Shown in pieces: positions 38,390 to 47,518 of a DNA stretch of 64,000 bases. The notes beneath the pieces are model-generated. The model worked only from the letters and a program-made list of their open reading frames with translations, did no database searches and was not told the DNA's origin. Position numbers and translations under genes: made by a program. Positions within the stretch are counted from its first letter, which is position 1. Every line of letters starts with the position of its first letter. The stretch is from Gammaproteobacteria bacterium (GTDB lineage: Bacteria; Pseudomonadota; Gammaproteobacteria; GCA-2400775). The DNA lies in the NCBI GenBank assembly GCA_013151045.1, contig JAADIY010000042.1, forward strand, positions 20,153 to 84,152. Direction: 5' to 3'.

Positions 38390-39382
38390 CTATAAAAACG
38401 GCTCAGGTAGTGGCGTATCTGGCCCTGATGGTGGCAATGTTGGAATATTGAACGACGGTTGCTCGCCTGTGAGTGTTTTCAAAAAAGCGACGACGCGAGC
38501 ATTTTCTTGTCGTGTAAAAGTCACCCCTCTTTGAACACGCGCCATCGTATCAACAGCCTCCTCCAAGGTTTCAACTTCGCCATCATGAAAATAGGGGAAA
38601 GTAAGTTCGATATTGCGCAGCAAAGGCACTTTAAACACATTAATATCTGATACCTTACCAGTGACATCAGCCTTACCTTGCGCAGGGTGATCTGTCTCAT
38701 ATACATCTTTGATACCTAGTCGTTGAAACGATTGGCCACCGACACCAGGACCGTTATGACAAGCAACGCAACCGCTGGTTTTAAACGTTAAATAACCAGC
38801 CAACTCATAATCATTTATTGCCGATGGGTCACCTAGCAACCATTGATCAAAACGAGAGTTAGGGGTAATTAAAATTTTCTCAAATTCAGCAATCGCACTG
38901 GTCACGCGGTCTATCGTTATTTCAGCACTACCAAACACTTGCCTAAACTCAATGACATACCCCGGTATTGTCTCTAATACCTTTATTGCTAATACATGGT
39001 TGGATGCCATCTCTATAGGATTAACAATAGGTGCTTCCGCTTGCTCCTTTAAATCTGCCGCCCTGCCATTCCAAAATTGCGCTAAATTCATACTTGAATT
39101 CAACACCGTTGGAGTGTTAATTCCACCCTTTTGCCAATTGTGTCCAATAGAAAATTGCATATTATCGACACCACCCAAACTCAGGTTATGACACGAGTTA
39201 CATGAAATATGCCCTGATAATGATAAACGCGGATCAAAAAATAATTTTTTGCCTAGCTCCACCTGAGCCAGGTTTATATTTTTAACAGGTTGAATGGGAG
39301 AAATCGGCTCTACTGCCAACGCAGTAGACACGGACAAGAAACAACATACTGTAAAAATTGCATTAGATAATTTATTTTTCAT
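38390..39382 (-). CDS. ccp: Di-haem cytochrome c peroxidase paralog 1 (canonical)
   Basis: Signal peptide, CNSCH and CVACH, IGHNW, QFWNGR, EQA..NPIEM, PYFHDG. Confidence 0.9.
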   Translation of the reverse strand: MKNKLSNAIFTVCCFLSVSTALAVEPISPIQPVKNINLAQVELGKKLFFDPRLSLSGHISCNSCHNLSLGGVDNMQFSIGHNWQKGGINTPTVLNSSMNLAQFWNGRAADLKEQAEAPIVNPIEMASNHVLAIKVLETIPGYVIEFRQVFGSAEITIDRVTSAIAEFEKILITPNSRFDQWLLGDPSAINDYELAGYLTFKTSGCVACHNGPGVGGQSFQRLGIKDVYETDHPAQGKADVTGKVSDINVFKVPLLRNIELTFPYFHDGEVETLEEAVDTMARVQRGVTFTRQENARVVAFLKTLTGEQPSFNIPTLPPSGPDTPLPEPFL

Positions 39383-39409
39383 AGTGATTTATCCTAATAA
39401 AGTTGCATT

Positions 39410-39748
39410 TCAGTCATTGCTATAACGAATTGTTTTAACCGGTAGAACATGTGACGTCGCTGAAATACCATGTAATCTAAGAAGCGTAGACCTATGAAAC
39501 GGCAAACTTTTTGTTATAGATTTTTCTTTGTATTTCGCCCTATGAATTGCTAGTTTAACTTCCACATTAAGCTCAGACTCGGACTGGGCCACCATAAAAT
39601 TTTGTTTTCCCGTAGAACTAGCGCTTACCATCCCGACAATCAGGAACAACAACAATGAGAAAACAATATAAATAACTACATTTACACCTATGACAGAAAA
39701 TATAGTCTTCGTATAGCCTGCAAAATCTCTACTACTTTCATCACCCAT
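39410..39748 (-). CDS. Hypothetical single-TM membrane protein
   Basis: Starts 2 nt after DUF1348 stop; one long hydrophobic segment then a basic tail. Confidence 0.55.
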   Translation of the reverse strand: MGDESSRDFAGYTKTIFSVIGVNVVIYIVFSLLLFLIVGMVSASSTGKQNFMVAQSESELNVEVKLAIHRAKYKEKSITKSLPFHRSTLLRLHGISATSHVLPVKTIRYSND

Positions 39749-39750
39749 AA

Positions 39751-40167
39751 TTAATGCCCTATACGCCTATCGTCCGCTTTAATTTCAATATCACTTGCAC
39801 TGACATCGCGCAGACTCACCAGACCATTACCATCAAATTCCCATTGCTCGCTGCCGTGAGTACGCATCCATTGACCTGACATCGCATGCTGCCATTCGCA
39901 CTCAAAACGTATAGAGATGCGATTGTCGGTATAAGTCCAAAGCTCCATTTCTAAACGGTAATGCAGCTCTCTTAACCATTTACGAGCAAGAAATTCATTA
40001 ATGGCTTCGTAACCACTAAGGCATTCATCTCCAATACGCCATTCAGACTGCTCGCTATATGCCTGCACCACGATCTCAGGAGATCGCGTATTCCAATTCT
40101 CCTGAACTTGTTGCACTTTCATTTGCGCAACTTCATTGGTAAACGACAATTTGAGCAATCCGGTCAT
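39751..40167 (-). CDS. DUF1348 / SnoaL-NTF2-like protein (divergent)
   Basis: 'WNTRSPE.V..AYS..SEWR', 'FLARKW.REL.YRL..ELW', 'RISIRFE.EW', 'GSEQWEFD'; AGGA RBS before MTGLL. Confidence 0.82.
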   Translation of the reverse strand: MTGLLKLSFTNEVAQMKVQQVQENWNTRSPEIVVQAYSEQSEWRIGDECLSGYEAINEFLARKWLRELHYRLEMELWTYTDNRISIRFECEWQHAMSGQWMRTHGSEQWEFDGNGLVSLRDVSASDIEIKADDRRIGH

Positions 40168-40220
40168 ATACATTCCTAAAATTTTGAGCCATGCCTGTAT
40201 TCTTCTTAATAACTTCTATC

Positions 40221-40335
40221 TCATATTTCGTACCAACCTATAAAATCCATGTAAAACAATGAGTTAAGTAACCTCTAAAACCTCAATAATTTGAGTTCCA
40301 CAATTTTTTATGGTTTAATCCTCAAAATATTGGGG
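40221..40335 (-). promoter_or_regulatory. sigma54 promoter with IHF site and three enhancer palindromes
   Basis: TTGGTACGAAATATGA (GG-N10-GA, 40221-40236); IHF-like AAACAAtgagTTA (40254-40266); CCTCAA-N4-TTGAGT-like boxes at 40281, 40298 and 40320. Confidence 0.6.
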
Positions 40336-40342
40336 TCTATTC

Positions 40343-42184
40343 ATGATTAAACCTTCATGCAAGCAACACAAATGGGAGTTTCAAGACGTACCCGCCATGC
40401 TTGCGGTACTCGACGAACAGCTCATTTGCCGTCACGCAAGTTTGGGCTGGCGTAACCACCTTGGTCTGCCAAAAAATGATGGGGCAGAACTACTATTAGA
40501 AGACTTATTACTGCTCGACGATGAAGTTGAACTGACAAATTTACTTACAGATATTTTTACTCACAAAAACTCTGTGCATGACATTTCTGTTTCCCTATTG
40601 GGCAAACTGGGTGTTGCTCAGGGGTTACTCGCTGCCTGCTTAATTCAACAAAGCAATGAGCCCCCTCACCTACTGCTCAACGCGACCTGCGGAGAACAAC
40701 TCGATAAAACACTTGCCGAACTGCGTCGCATACAATCTGAGCACGGCTCTATCCTCAGTGCCGTAGGAGAAGGTATTTATGGACTAGACAAGAATGGCAT
40801 GACTATATTTGCCAATGCTGCATCAACAGAAATCGTTGGATGGAAAATAGAAGATATTCTCGGCAAACCTGCACATGACGTACATCACCACACTCATGCA
40901 GACGGCACACCCTACCCTCGTGACGATTGCCCAGTTTATGCAGCACTAAAGGATGGAAAAATCCATCATGTGGACGATGAAGTTTTCTGGCATAGCAATG
41001 GCTCTGCCGTGCCGGTTGAATATACCAGTACACCTATCCTACAAGATGGTGAACTGAACGGTGCTGTTGTCGTATTCCACGATATTTCTGAACGTAAAGA
41101 AATTGAACGACAACGTGAAGCCGCATACCAAGAAATTAACGCCTTAAAAGAAAAACTGGAATTAGAGCGTGATTACTTACGTGATGAAATTAATGTTACC
41201 TCTGACTTCGGTGAGATTATTGGGGATAGTTCTGCACTGCAACATACCATGGCACAAATCGAAGCCGTTGCATCCACTCAAGCTAATGTATTAATACTGG
41301 GTGAATCCGGTGTAGGCAAAGAAATGATTGCACGTGCCATTCATGCTAAAAGTGAACGCTCAGAAAAGCCTTTGGTAAAAGTAAACTGCGCTTCTATTCC
41401 TAAAGAACTATTCGAGAGCGAATTTTTTGGGCATATCAAAGGGGCATTTACGGGCGCCCATCGCGATCGCACCGGACGTTTACAGCTTGCTGCCGGCGGA
41501 ACAATTTTTCTAGATGAAATTGGCGAAATCCCATTAAGCCTACAAAGTAAGTTATTACGTGCGTTGCAAGAACATGAGTTTGAACGTGTGGGTGATGATA
41601 AAACCATTAAAGTTGATGTACGTATTGTTGCCGCCACCAATACTGATCTGGAAGCTGAAGTAAAAGCAGGACGCTTTCGCGAAGATTTATTTTATCGTCT
41701 CAGTGTGTTCCCTATTAAGGTGCCGCCACTGCGAGAACGTATTAAGGACATTGCACCCTTAGCACAACACTTTCTAAACCGAAGTTGTGCTGAATTAGGA
41801 CGCGATCAAATCAAGCTTTCTAAACAGCAAGTTACAAGACTGCAACAACATAAATGGCCTGGCAATATTCGAGAACTAAAAAATATCATCGAGCGTGCTG
41901 TTATTCTAAGCAAAGGAAACCGAGCAAGACTCGACTTGGTTTTGCCTGACCAATCTCAAGGGGAAGAACCTGAAGATAACAATCAGATACCTGACTCTAC
42001 ATTCGTTACCGATGCAGAATTTCGCCAGCTGGAAAAAACCAATATTATCGCGGCACTTAAATATGCCAACTGGCAGGTATGGGGAGAAAATGGAGCAGCA
42101 GAATTGCTCGGCATCAAACCCTCTACACTAACTTATAGAATGAAAAATTTTGGCATTAACAAAACTAAAACACCTTATGAGTGA
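40343..42184 (+). CDS. PAS-domain sigma54-dependent enhancer-binding protein (Fis HTH)
   Basis: PAS/PAC, GESGVGKE, intact GAFTGA, FLDEIGE, FREDLFYRL, WPGNIREL, C-terminal HTH. Confidence 0.93.
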   Translation: MIKPSCKQHKWEFQDVPAMLAVLDEQLICRHASLGWRNHLGLPKNDGAELLLEDLLLLDDEVELTNLLTDIFTHKNSVHDISVSLLGKLGVAQGLLAACLIQQSNEPPHLLLNATCGEQLDKTLAELRRIQSEHGSILSAVGEGIYGLDKNGMTIFANAASTEIVGWKIEDILGKPAHDVHHHTHADGTPYPRDDCPVYAALKDGKIHHVDDEVFWHSNGSAVPVEYTSTPILQDGELNGAVVVFHDISERKEIERQREAAYQEINALKEKLELERDYLRDEINVTSDFGEIIGDSSALQHTMAQIEAVASTQANVLILGESGVGKEMIARAIHAKSERSEKPLVKVNCASIPKELFESEFFGHIKGAFTGAHRDRTGRLQLAAGGTIFLDEIGEIPLSLQSKLLRALQEHEFERVGDDKTIKVDVRIVAATNTDLEAEVKAGRFREDLFYRLSVFPIKVPPLRERIKDIAPLAQHFLNRSCAELGRDQIKLSKQQVTRLQQHKWPGNIRELKNIIERAVILSKGNRARLDLVLPDQSQGEEPEDNNQIPDSTFVTDAEFRQLEKTNIIAALKYANWQVWGENGAAELLGIKPSTLTYRMKNFGINKTKTPYE

Positions 42185-42254
42185 CACAACGAACTTATAC
42201 GCGCCACAACATATAGATGTTCTATTTTTAGCAACTTTTAAAGCTTGGCCACAA

Positions 42255-45200
42255 TTAATCTACTATCAAATTTCCATTTGACAACAAATTATCAACGATC
42301 TGCTGGTCACTTAGTGATCCCCCTGCTGTCAGGTCAGTACCACTAAGCGTAATTTCTTGCGTTGATTCAAACGTACCAGAACCATCAGTATCAATACTAA
42401 TGACCGTACCACCACTCCCGTCTTGCTCAAAATGCAAATAATCAGTAAGCGTATCGGACTCTTCACCATGTAGCAGATCTGCCAGGTTGAGTTTGTCGCC
42501 ACCTGCACCTGCGGTAAAGTCTGTAATGGTATCGCTTGCCGGATCTGCTAGCGTACCCTCATCATCATTACGCCAGACAAAAGTATCACTATCACTACCA
42601 CCAGTCAGCGTATCATCACCTTTGCCACCATAAAGGAAATCGATTCCTGCACCACCAAGCAACGTATCATCACCATCTTGACCAAACAATTGATCGTCGC
42701 CATTCAAACCATTTATAGTATCGCCAGTATTGCTACCGACCAACCTGTCATTTCCTGACGTTGCAGGATCTTGACCATCTACTGTGCCATCACCATCACT
42801 ATCGGTAGAGATAAAGTCTGCCTCACCATCTCCATTACTATCTGTTGGTACTGTTATTCCACCAGGGCCATAGACATCATCTAGTCCGTCGTTATTAGCA
42901 TCAATTCCGCTTGGTGCGACGTAACTACTGACGGCTTGTGCTTCAACATTATCTAAAATTCCATCGTTATCACTATCAACATCTAAACTATTGATAATGC
43001 CATCATTATCAACATCGTTATTAATAAAAGTGCCTGTACCCGAAATATCAAAACGATAATCCACGCCGTTGACTGCAATAAAGTCTGTACCAGCACCGGT
43101 TACTCCCTGCACAATAAATCCAGGCACTCCACCACCAATATCAACCACCGTGACTGTAACGTTTACAGGGGAAGTCGTCGCTCTAAATATAGAATCTTCA
43201 ACACCGCCATTTAAATCTGTCTGAAGTCCAGTAAACGACGTATTTGCCCCACTACCGTCTGAATTAATGAAAGTAAGATCAAAAAACTCATTTGCGCCGT
43301 CACCATTAATATCACCCCGTGCAAACACGTTATTTATTGTTACTGATGAGCCTATAGCAACACCAAATGATGATAAATTGATTGCCTGAGTTGCAGTGCC
43401 ACTGCCATTTGGTGAAATATTTGAGTCTGACGTAGTGGTAGTAAACAGACTAGTGACAAGCTGGGCATCTTCTATTGTATCGATGATACCGTCATTATCA
43501 TCATCAATATCGTCGATATCACTGATGCCATCTCCATCGCTGTCCACATCAATAAACTCAGCAATACCATTGCTGTCGCCATCAACTGGACTTAAACCAG
43601 CCGGTACATAAGCATCGTCCAAGCCATCATTATTTGCATCGATTCCGCTTGGTGCAACATAACTACCGATTGCTTGTGCTTCTACATTATCGAGTATGCC
43701 ATCGTTATCACTATCAACATCTAGACTATTAATGATGCCGTCGCCATCAGCATCGTTACTAGTGCCTATACCCTCAATATCGAAACGATAATCGACACCC
43801 ACAAAACCATTGAAACTGCCTACAGCACCCGTAGTTGAACCTGCCACACTAATACCAGGCACACCACCACCAATATCAATTACTTGAACATTTAGGTCCA
43901 CTGAATTTGTGACTGGGCTAAACCCAAGATTCTGCGATCCTGTATTAACAGCGCCTGTTGTCACTCCGCCATTAAATAACAAAGTGAATGTCTCAGTACC
44001 GCCATTCAAATCGCCTTGCGCAAATAAATTTGAAATACTAACTGTATCGCCAATAGCTATACCAAATGTAGATAAATTAATATTTTGAGAACTGTTGCCA
44101 CCGTTGGCAGGAATATTCGAATCAGTAGTGGTTGTTGTAAATGGTGATGCAACTAAAAATGCATCTTCAACCGTATCAAGAATTCCGTCATTATCATCAT
44201 CAATATCAATAACGTCGATAATACCATCATTATCAGTATCTAAGCCGCGAACCACTGACAAAGTCACCGTACCATTTGCCTGGTCACCATCACCGTCTAC
44301 GGTTACGAAATTGATAATCTCCTGAATAGAAGTGTTTAGTGCAAGACTGTCATCAGCAGTGTATTGATATTCACCTGTCATAAAATCGAAATTAAGAGTT
44401 CCACCATTACTAGTGACCATATCAAGCATTGCGCCAGATACCACCCCACTGCCATTACTTGGCGTGATCGTATCTGCTGTTGGATCATAATCATAAGTAA
44501 TTCCGTCAATAGTGATGGACATTGTTACACCACCATCGGCACCAAAAGCATTGCTGATTGCACCAAACAAGTTACCACTAGCTGTCGCATCAATGGTCGA
44601 TAGCAAGGTATTAGCCAATATACTTGCGTCAGTTACAATCACACCTGCTCTGTCAGTATCGTTGATACCGTCATAAGCCAACGGATCCAAGAAACCTTGG
44701 TCTGCTGCTGTCAAATCACCACCGAAACCAACAGCGAATGCGTCAATTTCATTAGCCACTAAGAAATCAGTATACGCTGTGATTTCAGCACCCGTTATAC
44801 CCGATGTGCCTTCAGAGCCTCCACCTGTCTGGGGTTCACCATCCGATATAAAATAAGATACATTAGTAACTGTTGGATCACTATCATTCAGCGCTCCCGA
44901 TGCCGAAAAAGAAGATTGGAATTCTGCTACAGCTAAATCATAGTTAGTGCCGCCACCAGTATTGAAAATTGCCGATCTAGAGCCTGAACTACCATCGCCA
45001 ATTAATGCCAATGCTTCTGAAGCACTAACCCAGGTTGATAATGAACTCGACGCAGTGCTAAAGGTTGTAATTTGTACCCGTACGTCACCAAGGTTAGCGT
45101 AAGTTTGAATCACATCACGCACGCTTTCTAACGCCAGTTGCAAGCGCTCAATATTTACGGTACCGCCACTTCCATCATCTACTGCAACCGAACTACCCAT

Positions 45201-47411
45201 ACTGCCTGAGACATCAATCACAAAACTCAAGTTGGTGTTTGATGGAGGTATAACCAGAGATAAATCTAAATTACCACTTATGGGACTATCATCTTCAATT
45301 GATATGTTAATAACATCATCAGCAGAAGCATCACCATCACTGACACGAATACCAACATCAAAATTAAGTACGTTTTCCCCATCATCTGTAGTACCCGGCA
45401 AATTAGGATGATCAAGCGAACCTAGCAATGTCACTTGGTAACCGCCGTCGTTATCGATTTCAAAACGAATAATATCGTTGCCACCAGCAGAACCTGTCAA
45501 TGTTTGATCGCCATTACTTAAGATAAATGTTATGGCTTGCCCGCCTGATGTCAGCCCTGAAGGTCCAGAACCAGTAAATGTAGCCGTCAGAGAAGCACTC
45601 TCAATATCTGTTGCACTATAGGTACCTGTAAATACGGCACTATCAGTCATATCTGCTGGATTACCAACAGTATCAGCGATACCGGCAGCCAAACCTTCTT
45701 CTGATACTACTGCCGAATCTACGGCAGAAATTACTGGAGCATCATTAACCGCATTAACCGTAACGGTTAGGGTCGCCGTATCAAAACCACCCTGACCATC
45801 AGCAATAGTATACGTAACTGTATCAGTGCCGTTAAAATCAGGATTCGGTGTATAAGTGATCGTACCGTTTGCATTAACTATAGCCGTACCATTAGTACCA
45901 TCGGTAACTTGGGTAACTTGCAGTGTGCCACCATCACCATCGCTGTCGTTCGGTAATACAGCAACCGTTACCGCGTTATCTTCGTTTGTCGTAGCACTAT
46001 CATTATTAGCAACTGGTCCATCATTGATCGAATTAACCGTAACACTGACTGTGGCAATTTCAGTGTCACCGGCATCTGTTGTTACCGTATAGGTATAACT
46101 ATCTGTACCGTTAAAGTTTAAATTAGGTGTATAAGTAACTTCACCATTGCTGCCTATAGTTACAGTACCATTAGCGCCCTGAGTGACCCCTGTGATCATC
46201 GCATTCGGTCCAAAACTGTCATTAGTAAGCACATTTAGTGTGCTAGCCATATCTTCATCAGTAGTTAAGGTGTCGTTTACTGCATCTACTACACTGTTAA
46301 TTATAATATTGACTGTTGCTGTATCTGTGCCACCATTACCATCAGTGATTTGATAAGTAAAACTATCGGTACCATTAAAGTCTTCATCCGGGACGTAATC
46401 AAACGTGCCGTCTGTATTTAGAGTCAAGGAACCATTCGTAGGACCACTAACCGGAATAGTATTGACAGATAATGTGTCACCATCAATATCGTTATCTACT
46501 CCACTATCAGTAAGAACATTACCTGATAAAGTGACGTCCTCATTAACAGTAAAGCTATCATCCACCGCATCCGGGCCATCATTCACGCCGCTAACATTCA
46601 CCGTCACCGTCGCCGTATCCGTGCCGCCATTGCCATCACTGATGGTGTAGTCAAACGTCGCAACACCATTGAAATTCGCCGTCGGCGTAAACGTCACCGT
46701 CCCATCAACGTTCAACACCACACTGCCGTTACTCGCGTTACTCACTCCACTGATCGTTAACGTATCTCCATCAAGATCCGTATCATTCGGATCCACAATG
46801 TCCGCAACTCCCAGCGTCAACGGCGTATCTTCGGCCGTACTCGCCGTATCATCCACCGCATCCGGGCCATCATTCACCGGCGGTGCTACAGGAGGTGCAA
46901 CACCGGTAGGTGAACCATCTCCGGCAAGCGCAGGAAGCTCATCAGCCCCGACAATATCCTCGAAGTCGGTAAATTCACGACCAAAAGCAAATGGCGTCTC
47001 ATCTGTATCAACGATACCTTCTCTACCATCACGATCATAAATCGATGCTTGGTTTAACGCGTTTGCTTCACCTTGATTTTGATTGCCTGCGGCCGGTGCT
47101 TCTAAATCAGCAAGGTCAACACCTTCAATGATTGATTGCTGTAACGCTAGAATTTGATCTACTTGGTTATCATCGAAAACACCTAGATCATAAGAGACTG
47201 TCTCATCGAGCAATATTTCAGCTTGCTCGCCTACTGCTAGCTCTCGACCACTATAGAAAGTTACGACTATATTCGTGCCGTCACCGGTAATAAGTACATC
47301 ACCGTCTTTGACAATATCACCAATATTAATAACTCTAATGATGCCATCAGCACTACGAACCTCAGCGCTACCAGCTAATTCAGTGATATATCCAATACTT
47401 TTTGTAGTCAT
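42255..47411 (-). CDS. LapA-like T1SS adhesin (retention module, Ig/cadherin-like repeats, VWA, TSP3-like Ca-binding repeats, RTX, T1SS signal)
   Basis: Retention module with PAAG cleavage site, repeated 'VNDGPDAVDD..FTY.I.DG.GG' units, VWA 'FVIDVSGSM', DxDxDG arrays, GGxGxD nonapeptides, 'DTITDF'. Confidence 0.9.
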   Translation of the reverse strand: MTTKSIGYITELAGSAEVRSADGIIRVINIGDIVKDGDVLITGDGTNIVVTFYSGRELAVGEQAEILLDETVSYDLGVFDDNQVDQILALQQSIIEGVDLADLEAPAAGNQNQGEANALNQASIYDRDGREGIVDTDETPFAFGREFTDFEDIVGADELPALAGDGSPTGVAPPVAPPVNDGPDAVDDTASTAEDTPLTLGVADIVDPNDTDLDGDTLTISGVSNASNGSVVLNVDGTVTFTPTANFNGVATFDYTISDGNGGTDTATVTVNVSGVNDGPDAVDDSFTVNEDVTLSGNVLTDSGVDNDIDGDTLSVNTIPVSGPTNGSLTLNTDGTFDYVPDEDFNGTDSFTYQITDGNGGTDTATVNIIINSVVDAVNDTLTTDEDMASTLNVLTNDSFGPNAMITGVTQGANGTVTIGSNGEVTYTPNLNFNGTDSYTYTVTTDAGDTEIATVSVTVNSINDGPVANNDSATTNEDNAVTVAVLPNDSDGDGGTLQVTQVTDGTNGTAIVNANGTITYTPNPDFNGTDTVTYTIADGQGGFDTATLTVTVNAVNDAPVISAVDSAVVSEEGLAAGIADTVGNPADMTDSAVFTGTYSATDIESASLTATFTGSGPSGLTSGGQAITFILSNGDQTLTGSAGGNDIIRFEIDNDGGYQVTLLGSLDHPNLPGTTDDGENVLNFDVGIRVSDGDASADDVINISIEDDSPISGNLDLSLVIPPSNTNLSFVIDVSGSMGSSVAVDDGSGGTVNIERLQLALESVRDVIQTYANLGDVRVQITTFSTASSSLSTWVSASEALALIGDGSSGSRSAIFNTGGGTNYDLAVAEFQSSFSASGALNDSDPTVTNVSYFISDGEPQTGGGSEGTSGITGAEITAYTDFLVANEIDAFAVGFGGDLTAADQGFLDPLAYDGINDTDRAGVIVTDASILANTLLSTIDATASGNLFGAISNAFGADGGVTMSITIDGITYDYDPTADTITPSNGSGVVSGAMLDMVTSNGGTLNFDFMTGEYQYTADDSLALNTSIQEIINFVTVDGDGDQANGTVTLSVVRGLDTDNDGIIDVIDIDDDNDGILDTVEDAFLVASPFTTTTTDSNIPANGGNSSQNINLSTFGIAIGDTVSISNLFAQGDLNGGTETFTLLFNGGVTTGAVNTGSQNLGFSPVTNSVDLNVQVIDIGGGVPGISVAGSTTGAVGSFNGFVGVDYRFDIEGIGTSNDADGDGIINSLDVDSDNDGILDNVEAQAIGSYVAPSGIDANNDGLDDAYVPAGLSPVDGDSNGIAEFIDVDSDGDGISDIDDIDDDNDGIIDTIEDAQLVTSLFTTTTSDSNISPNGSGTATQAINLSSFGVAIGSSVTINNVFARGDINGDGANEFFDLTFINSDGSGANTSFTGLQTDLNGGVEDSIFRATTSPVNVTVTVVDIGGGVPGFIVQGVTGAGTDFIAVNGVDYRFDISGTGTFINNDVDNDGIINSLDVDSDNDGILDNVEAQAVSSYVAPSGIDANNDGLDDVYGPGGITVPTDSNGDGEADFISTDSDGDGTVDGQDPATSGNDRLVGSNTGDTINGLNGDDQLFGQDGDDTLLGGAGIDFLYGGKGDDTLTGGSDSDTFVWRNDDEGTLADPASDTITDFTAGAGGDKLNLADLLHGEESDTLTDYLHFEQDGSGGTVISIDTDGSGTFESTQEITLSGTDLTAGGSLSDQQIVDNLLSNGNLIVD
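46556..46877. repeat. 31-bp exact direct repeat bounding a 291-bp GC-rich Ig unit
   Basis: TATCATCCACCGCATCCGGGCCATCATTCAC at 46556-46586 and 46847-46877. Confidence 0.85.
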
Positions 47412-47518
47412 AACTCTAATCCATTGATGATTAGAGCAAGAATATGGGGATGTGACGCGATTGTGTATCGTACTAAGGTACTAGAGTGCTACTAAAACCG
47501 AGCTTATGAGCTCGACAG

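Noticed and set aside
37388-39382. MauG/BthA-type assignment
   Set aside because: Both proteins keep the CCP-type Met ligand region (AVxTM.RVQ), and no mau genes are nearby
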